From the NCBI GenBank assembly GCA_019358935.1, contig JAHHIK010000004.1:46420-110419 (forward strand): DNA of 64,000 bases. Direction: 5' to 3'. A program made the position numbers and the translations under genes. Of the stretch, positions 32,343 to 43,192 are shown piece by piece; positions within the stretch are counted from its first letter, which is position 1, and the number at the start of each line of letters is the position of its first letter. Below the pieces are notes generated by a model, which saw only the letters and a program-made list of their open reading frames with translations, was not told the origin of the DNA and did not search any database. Source of the DNA: Tolypothrix carrinoi HA7290-LM1. GTDB lineage: Bacteria; Cyanobacteriota; Cyanobacteriia; Cyanobacteriales; Nostocaceae.

Positions 32343-33164
32343 ATGAATTTCTCGTCAGCGCGACAACATTTTTACCAAGAGATTCAACAACCTGACGAGA
32401 ATATCGATTTGGCAAAGGCAGCGTTATACATTGCCCAAGAAGAATATCCCGACCTGGATGTTGATCGCTACCTCAACGCCCTCGATACAATGGCAGCGGA
32501 AGCTAAAAAACGCTTGCCAATCGGACGTTATCCTTTGCGGGTAATTCAAAGCATTAACCAGTATCTTTACGAGCATTTAGGATTTGCAGGCAATAAAAAA
32601 GACTATTATGACCCCCGCAACAGCTTTTTTAATGATGTGATCGATCGCCGATTGGGAATTCCGATTAGTTTGGCGCTGGTTTACCTAGAAGTTGCCCGAA
32701 GAGTTAATTTCCCGATGGTGGGGGTGGGAATGCCGTTACATTTCTTAATCCGCCCAGATATTCCCGATATGGAGATTTTTGTTGATGCGTTTAATAACGG
32801 TGAAGTGATGTTCGCCGAAGATTGCCAAGAACGGCTTTCGCAAATATATCAACAAAGCGTGACGCTACAACCGGAATTTTTAGCAGCAGTGAATCATCGG
32901 CAATTTTTGGTGAGGATGCTGACGAATCTGAAATATATTTACCTGAAACAGCAGGATATAGAAAAGGCTTTAGCAGCAGTTGAGAGAATTTTGCTGTTGT
33001 TGCCTGATATGATTTTAGAATTGCGCGATCGCGGTCTTCTCTACTACCAATTAGGTCTTTACTCCCAAGCTACTCAAGACTTGCAAAGTTATTTAACAAG
33101 AGTTCCCGATGCTGAAGATGCGCCGGTGATTCGGCGATTGCTGACTGAGATGGCGAGAGGATGA
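32343..33164 (+). CDS. SirB1 / transglutaminase-like + TPR protein
   Basis: GF.GN...YYDPRNS, RRLGIPISL, RMLTNLK, RDRGL. Confidence 0.9.
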   Translation: MNFSSARQHFYQEIQQPDENIDLAKAALYIAQEEYPDLDVDRYLNALDTMAAEAKKRLPIGRYPLRVIQSINQYLYEHLGFAGNKKDYYDPRNSFFNDVIDRRLGIPISLALVYLEVARRVNFPMVGVGMPLHFLIRPDIPDMEIFVDAFNNGEVMFAEDCQERLSQIYQQSVTLQPEFLAAVNHRQFLVRMLTNLKYIYLKQQDIEKALAAVERILLLLPDMILELRDRGLLYYQLGLYSQATQDLQSYLTRVPDAEDAPVIRRLLTEMARG

Positions 33165-33254
33165 GGGGCGCTTGGACTGACAATGGTAAACTTAAATTAT
33201 GACAATTTGCCATCAGTTTGAGTCCAATAAACGGTGATGATGCACCCCTATTTA

Positions 33255-34397
33255 TTATTGGAACCTAGATAGTTTAAACAAACTCGTATCATGCTCTGTT
33301 TTTCCTTCGAGAGCGAGATCCGCGAGTATTTTGCCCACTAGCGTCGAGAACTTGAAGCCATGCCCGGAAAAGCCTGCTGCAATTACCACATGCGGATAGT
33401 CAGGGTGGGAGTCAATGATGAAATGTTTGTCTGGGGTCATCGTGTAGAGACAGCGGCGGGTAGATATTAACGGTCCATCAGCGCCAGGAATGTATCGACG
33501 TGCGAATTGGCGAATCTGTTCAATCCACTTTTGACTGGGAGTATAATCGACCTGACTGGGACTGCTGACGGTTTCATACCCGTAGAAGGGTGAGATTTTG
33601 ATGCCTTTACCACTATCAGCAGCAATGCCGTAGGGCATCTCTCCATAGTCGTCCTGAATATGAAAGTAGAATACTGGGAAGCGATCGCTCACAAACTCTT
33701 CGTGTGGAGTTGCCTCAAAAAAAGCTAACTGAATAGGCATCACCGAAAGTGGTAGATTCAATTGCATCTGTGCTAAAAGTGCCGATGCCCAACTGCCCGC
33801 ACTTAGCACTAATCTGTCTGCCGTGTAACTCTCCTTCACGGTTTGGACAGTAACTCCACTCTCCAGAGTGAGAATACTCGTCACTGGAGTTTGGTCAATG
33901 AGTGTTGCACCGAGTTTTTGCGCTAGACGAGTATGAGCCAGAACGCACCGAGAAGCCCGAAGATACCCAGAGTCTGGATGGTAGAGAGCGTGCATTTCTT
34001 CATCTGGGTAAAATTGGGGAAATCGCTTGCGAACCTCAACCCCAGTCAGATATTCGTAATCCAACTTTGCCTCATCCGCACTCTTGTACATCGCTTGGAA
34101 TGACGGCTGTTCTGGTTGGCTGATATCCAGTCCTCCTGTTTTAACGTAAAGCTTTTCTTTTGCCTCCTCTTCCAAGGCAAACCACAGTGGATACGCCGAT
34201 CGCATCAGGTTGATGTAAATTGGGTGGTTATTCATATAGCGGATCGCTCGTGATTCGCCATAAGAACTTCCTTTTTGGTGGTTCAACTCAAACTGTTCTA
34301 GCAGCAGCACTCGCTGTTTTTGTTTAGCTAGGTAGTACGCAGCTGCACTTCCCATAGCACCCGCACCTAGAACTATTGCATCAAAGTTTTGTGTCAT
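33255..34397 (-). CDS. Monomeric sarcosine oxidase / N-methyltryptophan oxidase family flavoprotein
   Basis: GAGAMGS, GSSYGESR, CLYTMTPD, GFSGHGFKF. Confidence 0.9.
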   Translation of the reverse strand: MTQNFDAIVLGAGAMGSAAAYYLAKQKQRVLLLEQFELNHQKGSSYGESRAIRYMNNHPIYINLMRSAYPLWFALEEEAKEKLYVKTGGLDISQPEQPSFQAMYKSADEAKLDYEYLTGVEVRKRFPQFYPDEEMHALYHPDSGYLRASRCVLAHTRLAQKLGATLIDQTPVTSILTLESGVTVQTVKESYTADRLVLSAGSWASALLAQMQLNLPLSVMPIQLAFFEATPHEEFVSDRFPVFYFHIQDDYGEMPYGIAADSGKGIKISPFYGYETVSSPSQVDYTPSQKWIEQIRQFARRYIPGADGPLISTRRCLYTMTPDKHFIIDSHPDYPHVVIAAGFSGHGFKFSTLVGKILADLALEGKTEHDTSLFKLSRFQ

Positions 34398-34546
34398 ATA
34401 GACATTTTATTTTTTAATTATGCAACATCGTCGGGCAATGGGCATTGGGCAATTGTTTAATGGGCAATTGTTTAATGGGCAATGGGCACGCTCGCAATGG
34501 GCAATGGGAATAAAAAGAAGTTTCCGGATTTTTTGGACTATACCCC

Positions 34547-34707
34547 ATGCCCCATGCCCGATGCCCCATGCCCGATGCCCCATGCCCGATACCCGATGCC
34601 CGATGCCCCATGCCCGATGCCCCATGCCCGATGCCCCATGCCCGATGCCCCATGCCCGATGCCCGATGCCCGATGCCCCATGCCCGATGCCCCATGCCCA
34701 ATGCCCC
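34547..34707. repeat. STRR array of about 23 ATGCCC(C/G) heptamers, preceded by inverted GGGCAAT units at about 34433-34510
   Basis: Direct read of tandem units. Confidence 0.95.
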
Positions 34708-34711
34708 ACTC

Positions 34712-35167
34712 TTACCCAAACCCTTGCTGTACTTCTTGCGCGACTCGTTTGAGTCGTTGCAGTTGTTCTTGCATGTCTTTTTTCGTCCAGGGTTCAGCGA
34801 AGGTTTTGAACCCCCAGCTAATTATCGGGTTGGGAATCTCAAATTCAAAGCGGTTAACTAAGCGTGTTCCTTTTTCGACTGGTTGACATTCCCAGCGATC
34901 GCGTCCAATGAAAAAACCGTCAAACTCCCACACTACCAAACCCGGTTGTCTTTCCACTACTGTGCTATTTAATGTCGGTTTTATTATCGGTATTTGAATC
35001 ACAAACTTGCTTTTACTACCATTATCGCTACTCCAAGTTTCCCCCACAGGTTCGCAACGCAGCACCGGGTTAAGCCAACGGTGCATGAGAGTTAAATCAG
35101 TAATACATCTCTCAACCACCGTCGCTGTAGCATTAATTTGAATTGATTGTTCAAAAACAGAAGACAT
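34712..35167 (-). CDS. SRPBCC / polyketide cyclase-like protein
   Basis: FEQSIQINA...LMHRWLNP...VWEFDGFF.GRDRW...TRL.NRF. Confidence 0.8.
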   Translation of the reverse strand: MSSVFEQSIQINATATVVERCITDLTLMHRWLNPVLRCEPVGETWSSDNGSKSKFVIQIPIIKPTLNSTVVERQPGLVVWEFDGFFIGRDRWECQPVEKGTRLVNRFEFEIPNPIISWGFKTFAEPWTKKDMQEQLQRLKRVAQEVQQGFG

Positions 35168-35513
35168 TTTACATCTTTCAAGCTATTGCTGCACTTACAA
35201 TAACGCTATATTTAGCGCTGCCAACACACTAAATCAATACTAAAGCCAACTCTACTTTAGAAATAAAAATATATACAACGACACCAAAATCAGTGATATT
35301 TTACTGTTTTGGCGCTAGTAATTTCTCAAACGAGTTGTCAACCAAGCAGATAAAAAAAATACTCTTGACATCAACTCTATATATGATTTTACTGGTAGAT
35401 TTATAGGCAAAACACTGGTAACTTAACTGGCATGTATATTTGTGCTATACAATACACGCCAGAAGAATCTGACGTGTTTTGGAAATAACAGTTTACCTTA
35501 ATTTGGGAAAACC

Positions 35514-37154
35514 ATGAACACAACTTGGCAAGGAATAACCCAGGTAATGGAACTTGGTTTGTTGATGAGGGTGCAAGATTTTTTGGCACAGTCGCCAACT
35601 CTATCACCAGATCAATCAAATGCAGTCAATTATGTGCAAGGAAGTGTCCAGCAGGTAGTTCAATTTCTACCTAGGTTGCTGGGGGCAGCAGTAATTTTAC
35701 TGCTTGGCTGGCTGATTGCGGCAGCAGCAGCGGCATTAGTACGCGGCATTCTCAATCGCACTAAGATAGATAACCGTATTGCCGCTGGTTTGACTGGTAG
35801 CGATACCGTCCAAGTGGAGAAATTTATCGCCGGCTTGGTCTTTTGGTCTATCCTGCTGTTAACGATAGTTGCTGTATTAGATACTTTAGAGTTGAGAGTC
35901 GCTTCTCAACCGCTCAATTCTTTTCTCGAACAAATTGGTGAGTTCTTACCTAGGTTAGTAGCTGCGGGAGTCATCCTTTTAATAGCTTGGTTAGTCGCTA
36001 GCCTCGTCAAGCTGATAACTATACGCGGACTCAGCGCTTTACGGCTAGATGAGCGTTTGAATCCTCCAGAAACACAAGATGCCGTCCCAAATCTCAATCA
36101 ATTGTCTCTGAGTGAGACAATTGGCAACGCTTTATATTGGTTCATCTTTTTGCTGTTTCTCGTTCCAATTTTGGATACTTTGGGGTTACAGCAGGCTTTA
36201 CAACCAGTACAAAGTCTGGTAACGCAGATTATATCAATTCTGCCGAATATTTTAGCGGCGGTGTTGATTGGTGTTGTCGGCTGGTTTGTGGCTAATATAG
36301 TGCGACGGATTACAAGCAACTTACTGTCGGCAACTGGAATCGATGATTTGGGGAGACGCTTTGGACTTTCGTCTACTGCCGGAGCGCAATCTTTATCGTC
36401 GATTATCGGTACGATTGTCTATGTGTTGATTTTGATTCCGGTTGCGATCGCTTCCCTGAATGCTTTGCGAATTGACGCGATTTCCTTGCCGGCGATCGCC
36501 ATGTTGCAACAGATTCTGAATGCCTTACCTGCGATCTTCACCGCGATCGCCATTTTGATTGTTGCTTATTTCGTCGGGCGATTTGTGGGCGAACTTGTTA
36601 CCAACATCCTCACAAGTATCGGCTTTAACAACATCTTCTCTGTCTTAGGTCTGCCAACTCCCGTCAGACGCACCACATATCCAGCAGACACAGAAGCACT
36701 TCCCCCAGCCCGAACTCCATCGGAAATTGCTGGTATCGTTGTTTTAGTTGGCATCATGCTATTTGCCACAGTCGCGGCAGTGAATATTTTGAATATTCCC
36801 GCGCTCACACTCCTGGTAAGTGGCATAGTCGTCATATTCGGGCGCATTTTGGCGGGATTGATTGTATTTGCCATCGGTTTGTTCTTAGCAAATCTGGCTT
36901 TTAGCATCATTGCCAGTTCGGGAAATGCCCAAGCACGGATTTTGGCTCAAGTAGCGCGGATTGCGATTATCGCTTTGGTTTCGGCAATGGCACTGCAACA
37001 GATTGGTGTTGCTAGTGATATTGTCAACTTAGCCTTTGGACTTTTACTCGGTGCGATCGCTGTTGCTACTGCCTTATCTTTCGGTCTCGGTGGTCGCGAT
37101 ATTGCCCGCGATCAAGTTCAACAATGGTTAAACTCTTTTAAAAGTAAAGGGTAA
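35514..37154 (+). CDS. Conserved TM-helix repeat membrane protein (mechanosensitive channel / CmpX-like)
   Basis: Repeated (F/I)LP...A..I...GW.(I/V)A units; C-terminal AFGLLLGA.A...FGLGGRD. Confidence 0.85.
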   Translation: MNTTWQGITQVMELGLLMRVQDFLAQSPTLSPDQSNAVNYVQGSVQQVVQFLPRLLGAAVILLLGWLIAAAAAALVRGILNRTKIDNRIAAGLTGSDTVQVEKFIAGLVFWSILLLTIVAVLDTLELRVASQPLNSFLEQIGEFLPRLVAAGVILLIAWLVASLVKLITIRGLSALRLDERLNPPETQDAVPNLNQLSLSETIGNALYWFIFLLFLVPILDTLGLQQALQPVQSLVTQIISILPNILAAVLIGVVGWFVANIVRRITSNLLSATGIDDLGRRFGLSSTAGAQSLSSIIGTIVYVLILIPVAIASLNALRIDAISLPAIAMLQQILNALPAIFTAIAILIVAYFVGRFVGELVTNILTSIGFNNIFSVLGLPTPVRRTTYPADTEALPPARTPSEIAGIVVLVGIMLFATVAAVNILNIPALTLLVSGIVVIFGRILAGLIVFAIGLFLANLAFSIIASSGNAQARILAQVARIAIIALVSAMALQQIGVASDIVNLAFGLLLGAIAVATALSFGLGGRDIARDQVQQWLNSFKSKG

Positions 37155-37306
37155 ATACTGGGGACTGGGGACTGGGGACTAGGAAAAAACTCTTGTCTAA
37201 TCCCTAATCCCTAACCCATAAGTCTAATGACTTCGGGTATAGTACCCTAAATCTCGGAACTTCTGCATCAATTGTTGAACTTTAGAGCTTTGAACTTAGA
37301 TGTTTG

Positions 37307-37516
37307 AGTTTAGAACTTGACATTTGGAGTTCAAAGCACGAACTTTCAAGTTCTGAACACGACCTTTCAAGTTCAGAACTCGACATTTGGAGTTCAGAAC
37401 TCGACATTTGGAGTTCGGAACACGAAGTTCCGAGTTCAGAACACGACATTTGGAGTTCAGAACACGAAGTTTCAAGTTCGGAACACGAAGTTTCAAGTTC
37501 AGAACACGAACTTTGG
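37307..37516. repeat. Tandem array of ten degenerate 21-bp units (AGTTCAGAACACGACATTTGG-like)
   Basis: Exact 21-bp period, no spacers. Confidence 0.9.
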
Positions 37517-37733
37517 AGTTTTAAGAGCGATCGCTTTTCTTCTACCGCTAAAACAATTCTGTTTACTTCAAAAAAGAATACAAAAATCCATAATTAACAC
37601 TTGGTATTATTACTTAAACTAACTTAAGCGTATTGTCATATATCTTTTGACATAATTTATATAGAGAAAATCTTTGTTGACTGCTTTCAAACAAGCAAAG
37701 TTCGTACTGCCGTTTGAGACAGGGGACACTACC

Positions 37734-39227
37734 ATGAATACAATTAGCAGACGTGAAGCCTTGATGTTTGTAGGTTTTGCGGGTTGTTCTATGCTGCTAC
37801 CCGTAGTACTTCAGCATCGGGGATATGCTCAGAGAACCGATGAGAGAGTTGTGCCGTTTACACTTGCCTTTCGCACCCCACCAGTGTTAAATCCTGTACG
37901 TAGCGATTCCACAACTGATTATTACCAGATAACAATACAGAAAGCTACTGTAGAAATATTACCAGGGCGAACCACAGAAATCTGGGGATACAACGGTATA
38001 TTTCCAGGTCCGACAATTAAACAACGTAAAAATCGCCAGTCAATTGTACGCTTTATCAACGATGTTAATACACCTACCGTGGTTCATCTGCATGGGATGG
38101 CATCGCTACCGCAGTACGATGGCTACGCAGAAGATTTAATTCCTCAAGGATACTACAAGGACTATATCTATCCCAACACCAACGCTGCTACTATGTGGTA
38201 TCATGACCACGCAGTTCATCAAACTTCACGAAACGTGTACATGGGGCTGGTGGGAATGTATATTGTTGAAGATGAAAATGAACTTAATCTGCCACTTCCC
38301 AAAGATAATTATGATATTCCCTTAATCATTCATGATAAAAAATTCGCGGCTGATGGTTCGCTAATTTTTGATGACCAAGCCGAACACAGTTTGATGGGTG
38401 ATGTGATTACAGTCAACGGTGTACCTTATCCCCGGATGGAGGTAGCAAAGCGCAAGTACCGCTTCCGAGTATTAAACGCATCAATTTCCCGCTCTTACAA
38501 ACTTGCTCTGAGTACGGGTGACGACTTAATAGTGATTGGTACTGATGCGGGGTTAAAGCCTGCACCAGTAAATACTAAAGAGATGCGTCTTGGGATGGCA
38601 GAGCGCTATGATTTGATAATCGATTTTTCTAAATATCCTCTAGGAACCCAAGTAGTATTGCAAAATTTGGGACTTCCTAACAATGATAATACTGGGGATA
38701 CCAATAAGATTATGCGCTTTGATGTGGTACGTGAAGAGAGCGATAACAGCTCTATTCCTAGCACGCTACGCAATATTGAATTTTTTCCAGAATCATCAGC
38801 AGTGCGATCGCGTGACTTTACATTTGAGCAAAGTAATCGATTGTGGGTAATCAACGGCAATGTCTGGGACAAAAACCGAATTGATGCTAATCCCCAATTA
38901 GAACAAATCGAGATTTGGAGACTGCATAACAACTCCGGTCTTTGGTTTCATCCGGTTCACCTTCACCTAATTGACGCTCAAATTCTTGACCGTAACGGTC
39001 AGCCACCTTTTGCTTATGAACGTGGCTTAAAAGATGTCTTCTACGTTGGTGAAAACGAAACGGTAAGAATAATTGGCAAGTTTAGACCAAACATAGGCAA
39101 GTACATGTACCACTGCCATAACATGGTTCACGAAGACCACGACATGATGAGTCAGTTTGAAGTAGCGCAAAATGGGATAGATCCGCTGTCAGCACCAGCA
39201 AAACCACTCCCAGCACCAACGTTGTAA
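37734..39227 (+). CDS. Tat-exported multicopper oxidase (bilirubin oxidase/CotA-like)
   Basis: SRREAL twin-arginine signal; HLHG, WYHDH, HPVHLH, HCHNMVHEDHDMM copper motifs. Confidence 0.93.
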   Translation: MNTISRREALMFVGFAGCSMLLPVVLQHRGYAQRTDERVVPFTLAFRTPPVLNPVRSDSTTDYYQITIQKATVEILPGRTTEIWGYNGIFPGPTIKQRKNRQSIVRFINDVNTPTVVHLHGMASLPQYDGYAEDLIPQGYYKDYIYPNTNAATMWYHDHAVHQTSRNVYMGLVGMYIVEDENELNLPLPKDNYDIPLIIHDKKFAADGSLIFDDQAEHSLMGDVITVNGVPYPRMEVAKRKYRFRVLNASISRSYKLALSTGDDLIVIGTDAGLKPAPVNTKEMRLGMAERYDLIIDFSKYPLGTQVVLQNLGLPNNDNTGDTNKIMRFDVVREESDNSSIPSTLRNIEFFPESSAVRSRDFTFEQSNRLWVINGNVWDKNRIDANPQLEQIEIWRLHNNSGLWFHPVHLHLIDAQILDRNGQPPFAYERGLKDVFYVGENETVRIIGKFRPNIGKYMYHCHNMVHEDHDMMSQFEVAQNGIDPLSAPAKPLPAPTL

Positions 39228-39259
39228 TCAATTTAGCGGTTTGCACCTTCTGTCCAATA

Positions 39260-39629
39260 CAGACCTAACCCCCCTTTGCCCCCCAACCCCACTTCGTGGG
39301 GACCCCTAGCCCCCCTTCCCTACGAGGGAAGGGGGAATCAAAGCCTCTCTCCGCTTCGGGGAGAGGTTTGGAGAGGGGTCTAATCAATAATTCATTTAAC
39401 TTCTTCGTTTTATCTTCTGTTGCAATTCATCCTTAATGCGGTTGAGAACAGACCTAACCCCCCTACCCCCCTTCCCTCGTAGGGAAGGGGGGAATCAAAG
39501 CCTCTCTCCGCTTCGGGGAGAGGTTTGGAGAGGGGTCATGCATTAATTTCCACTCTATATCTAATCAATAATTCACCTAACTTCTTCGTTTTATCTTCTG
39601 TTGCAACTCATCCTTAATGCGGTTGAGAA
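39260..39629. repeat. Two copies of a GACCTAACCCC...GAGAGGGGTC element (39260-39380, 39449-39537) flanking a 69-bp duplicate of a gene 3' end (39380-39448 vs 39561-39629)
   Basis: Direct alignment; 3 mismatches in the 69-bp duplicate. Confidence 0.85.
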
Positions 39630-41037
39630 TCGAAGTCTCATCAAGACTTGCCAAAATCTTCTTAATTACCGCTTTCGGTCCATCAGAACCCCAAGTTGCC
39701 CCATTAGCTAAATAAGCTTTAGTGACTTGTCCGATTCCGTAAGAAGCCACACCAGTTACCCCAGCTTGAGTTATCGCAACTGATACATAAGGAGCAAAAG
39801 AAACGCCACCTGTAACGGGTGCAGAGATACCAAGTAAAGTTTTTAACCCGCTCAAACCGAGAGTTGCTAACAGTTCGCTGGCACCGATACCGCCCATACT
39901 CAGGGCGATTTTTTGTAATAATTGTACGGCTCCAGTTTCCGTCATCGGGATGCCGTATAGTTTGGATAAACCGAGAATTAAAGCAATATCAATAACTACA
40001 CCGCTCAGTATATCCACCACTGTAATGGGATTGAGAGCGATCGCTAAAGCTTTAGTCATCACCGCTTTCCAAATCAACTGATTCGCAGCGCGATCGCGAA
40101 TCATCAATTTCCGCTGCACCAATTGCTCATTCACATTATCCGCGTAAATCATCGTGTTGAGAGCCACTAAAGCTTTACCCTCGCGGTGTAAAATCTCTAA
40201 TATTTTCAGCTTTAATTCTTCAACTTGGGCATTACCTGCACGCAATTGTATCCCCCTAGTACCATCAGCGCGTTGAACCGCTGTTTTAACCAAAGGTGAT
40301 GCTGCTGCCATGACAATTTCTAGGGGTGAGAGTAATTCCCGCACCCTTTCATCGCGGACTTTGTGGTAAACTGCCATGCGATCGGCTTCTGGATACTGGT
40401 CAACCTTGTTAAACACCAAAATTATCGGTTTACCAGCTTCGCGCAACTGAGAAAGAGCCTCATGTTCTAATTTCGTCATGTCCCCAGAAATAACAAACAG
40501 AATTAAATCTGCTTGTTTTGCGACTTGTTCAGCTAAAGCAGTGCGAGTTTCCCCATCTACTTCATCTAAACCCGGAGTATCAATCAATTCCACCTGAGAT
40601 TGACCGATTCCAGGTAAAGTGACACGTAGAGTGCGATTTTCAGAAGCGATCGCTTCGGAACTAATACTCCAATTAACTCGCTGTGCAGCACGAGTAACAC
40701 CATGCAAAGGACCCGTTTCAAACACCGATTGTCCAACCAAAGCATTCAATAAAGAAGACTTCCCACGTCCCACCATCCCAAAAGCCGCAATTTGCACCAC
40801 CATGCGGTCTAACTTCCCCAACATCACTTCTAAATCGCCAATTTCCGCTTCCAATCCGCGTTTTTCTTGGGGAGTCAAATCAAGTTTTGCTACCAAACTT
40901 CTTAATGCCGTTTGTGCCTGCTTATAATTAAGTTCCGCCTGAATATCCTCAAAACTGAAAATAGCCTTATCAAGTTCTTCCTCCCAACTAGAAGAATCAC
41001 TTTCATGAGGATCGGGCAAAGGTAACGTCGAATTCAT
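39577..41037 (-). CDS. GTP-binding protein with DUF697 domain
   Basis: GMVGRGKSS, DTPG, NKVD; hydrophobic C-terminal DUF697-like region. Confidence 0.88.
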   Translation of the reverse strand: MNSTLPLPDPHESDSSSWEEELDKAIFSFEDIQAELNYKQAQTALRSLVAKLDLTPQEKRGLEAEIGDLEVMLGKLDRMVVQIAAFGMVGRGKSSLLNALVGQSVFETGPLHGVTRAAQRVNWSISSEAIASENRTLRVTLPGIGQSQVELIDTPGLDEVDGETRTALAEQVAKQADLILFVISGDMTKLEHEALSQLREAGKPIILVFNKVDQYPEADRMAVYHKVRDERVRELLSPLEIVMAAASPLVKTAVQRADGTRGIQLRAGNAQVEELKLKILEILHREGKALVALNTMIYADNVNEQLVQRKLMIRDRAANQLIWKAVMTKALAIALNPITVVDILSGVVIDIALILGLSKLYGIPMTETGAVQLLQKIALSMGGIGASELLATLGLSGLKTLLGISAPVTGGVSFAPYVSVAITQAGVTGVASYGIGQVTKAYLANGATWGSDGPKAVIKKILASLDETSILNRIKDELQQKIKRRS

Positions 41038-41164
41038 ATTAATTTCGGTTATATTTTAAATTTTAAATAAACACTATTTTTGATCGTAGTGATTTTTAGG
41101 AGGCGAGTGCGGATCTTGACTAATAAACATGCCTAATTACTTTGTTCCCGGTGCAAGATTACCT

Positions 41165-41425
41165 CTGTTTTCTCTTCCTCTGTGTTGCGCCAGTCGCTAC
41201 AACGGGGGGAACCCCCGCAACGCGCTGGCTTCTCTGTGCCTCTGCGGTTCGTTAAAAAATTAGCTATTCTCCAAGATAAATGTAGGGTGCGTTAGGACTA
41301 TCGTCCGTAACGCACCAACTTAAATACTAAATTCGGGTGCGTTACTTCGCGCTTCACACCCTACCTAAAGGGCAACAAACTGAACTGCAAGATTCGGTGA
41401 CAACTTCTGCGAAGTCACCGAATCT
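41165..41425. repeat. Cluster of small repeats: intact SDR-like element (41188-41230), GTAGGGTGCGTTA REP dimer (41282-41364), hairpin (41390-41425)
   Basis: cgccagtcgctacaacggggggaacccccgcaacgcgctggct; REP relatives at 3273-3306 and 20396-20427. Confidence 0.75.
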
Positions 41426-41566
41426 GACCACCCGTGTCTTGGTAGTACCATCCCTACCTACACCTACCTACTTACCTCACACAGACATTTTCTTAAATTT
41501 GCTAGAGTACACACACCAGGATATTTCAGTTAAACCTCTGATAATGCCAGCATTTTAAGGCAACCC

Positions 41567-43039
41567 ATGCTAACAAATACCCTACTTCTCTCCAATCAAC
41601 TCCCCACCTTGCAATACACCTCCACACCAGAGCGATTCGATGAAACCTGGGAAGCACCCCTGGCAATCCTCCTGGGACTAGGACGCGCAGCCGGCGCGGA
41701 CTTCATCGAATTCTTCTTAGAACGTCGCAACTATATTAGTTGCCTTGCAGAAGACGATTCTATCACCAGCATTTCACCCAGCCTTGCTACTGGTGCAGGA
41801 GTGAGAGTATTTCGTGGCAAAGCCGACTGCTACGTAAGCACCAACAACCTATCATTTACCGGTTTGAAAGCCGCATTAGAAAAAGGACTTTCCATCTTAG
41901 GATTGCAACTACCAGCAGCTAACGCTTTCATTCCAGAAATCAACCTCGAACTCCTCAGAGACTACGCAACCAAAAGAGGCAAAGACAAATGGCTACCTTT
42001 ATGTAGTTCCATCCGCGAAATGGGAGAAGTCCTCCTTGATAGTACCGCTTACTTGCAACGAAAAGCCAACCACATTCAATCTCGCCGCGCTACCTACTTC
42101 CGCGATTGGCAAGAAGTCTTAATTGCCGCTAGTGATGGCACATTTGCCCGTGACATTCGTCTGACTCAGTCCGTCGGCTTTAACCTTTTGTGTGCTGATG
42201 GCGCAAATCGTACCTCCATCGCCGAACGTGCTGGTAATACTAGCGATGCCAACTTCCTGAGAACCTGGGATTACCAACAATCCGCCGAGCATATAGCCGA
42301 ATCAGCCGGGAAAATGCTTTACGCCGATTACGTAGAATCCGGCACATACCCCATCATCATGGCGAATCACTTTGGCGGAGTAATTTTCCACGAAGCCTGC
42401 GGACACCTTTTAGAAACCACGCAAATTGAACGCAACACTACACCCTTTGCTGACAAAAAAGGCGAAAAAATCGCCCACGAAAGTTTGACAGCATGGGATG
42501 AAGGACGTTCTGAAAACGCCTTCGGTACAATTGACATGGACGACGAAGGAATGCCCGCTCAAAGAACGCTATTAATTGAAAAAGGCGTTTTAAAGAACTT
42601 CTTAGCAGATAGAACCGGTTCATCGCGCACCGGACACCCCAGAACCGGCAGCGGGCGCCGTCAAAATTACACCTATGCAGCTGCTAGTCGGATGCGAAAT
42701 ACTTATATTGCAACTGGTGAATACAGCACAGAAGATTTATTTGCCTCCATTGACAAAGGCATTTACTGTAAAAAAATGGGTGGTGGTAGCGTCGGTGCTA
42801 CAGGACAATTTAACTTTGGTGTAGACGAAGCTTATCTAATAGAAAATGGCAAAATTACCAAGCCATTAAAAGGAGCCATCCTCATCGGCGAAGCAAAGGA
42901 AATTATGAATAAAATTTCCATGTGTTCGCAAGATTTATCATTAGCCGCAGGTTTTTGTGGCTCGGTCAGTGGCAGCATTTACACCACAGTTGGACAACCC
43001 CACATCAAAGTAGATTCTATCACCGTAGGCGGACGCTAA
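41567..43039 (+). CDS. tldD: TldD metalloprotease subunit
   Basis: HEACGH zinc motif, DDEG, RMRNT, C-terminal FCG...VGQP. Confidence 0.9.
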   Translation: MLTNTLLLSNQLPTLQYTSTPERFDETWEAPLAILLGLGRAAGADFIEFFLERRNYISCLAEDDSITSISPSLATGAGVRVFRGKADCYVSTNNLSFTGLKAALEKGLSILGLQLPAANAFIPEINLELLRDYATKRGKDKWLPLCSSIREMGEVLLDSTAYLQRKANHIQSRRATYFRDWQEVLIAASDGTFARDIRLTQSVGFNLLCADGANRTSIAERAGNTSDANFLRTWDYQQSAEHIAESAGKMLYADYVESGTYPIIMANHFGGVIFHEACGHLLETTQIERNTTPFADKKGEKIAHESLTAWDEGRSENAFGTIDMDDEGMPAQRTLLIEKGVLKNFLADRTGSSRTGHPRTGSGRRQNYTYAAASRMRNTYIATGEYSTEDLFASIDKGIYCKKMGGGSVGATGQFNFGVDEAYLIENGKITKPLKGAILIGEAKEIMNKISMCSQDLSLAAGFCGSVSGSIYTTVGQPHIKVDSITVGGR

Positions 43040-43192
43040 AAAATTTTGGATTTTAGATTTTTGATTTTGGATTATAAAGTTGGATGATGCACATACACCT
43101 GATGTTGAACCATTTACTTTAATCTAAAATCTTGAATCTAAAATCTGTTCTCTACCAATCTAAAATCTAAAATCCAAAATCCAAAATCGACT

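Noticed and set aside
34407..34886. Cys/Met/Pro/His-rich or Gly/Trp-rich ORFs (metallothionein- or RiPP-like)
   Set aside because: Open on both strands only because of the ATGCCC(C/G) heptamer array
37307..37516. Possible CRISPR array
   Set aside because: Contiguous 21-bp tandem units with no unique spacers; no cas genes nearby
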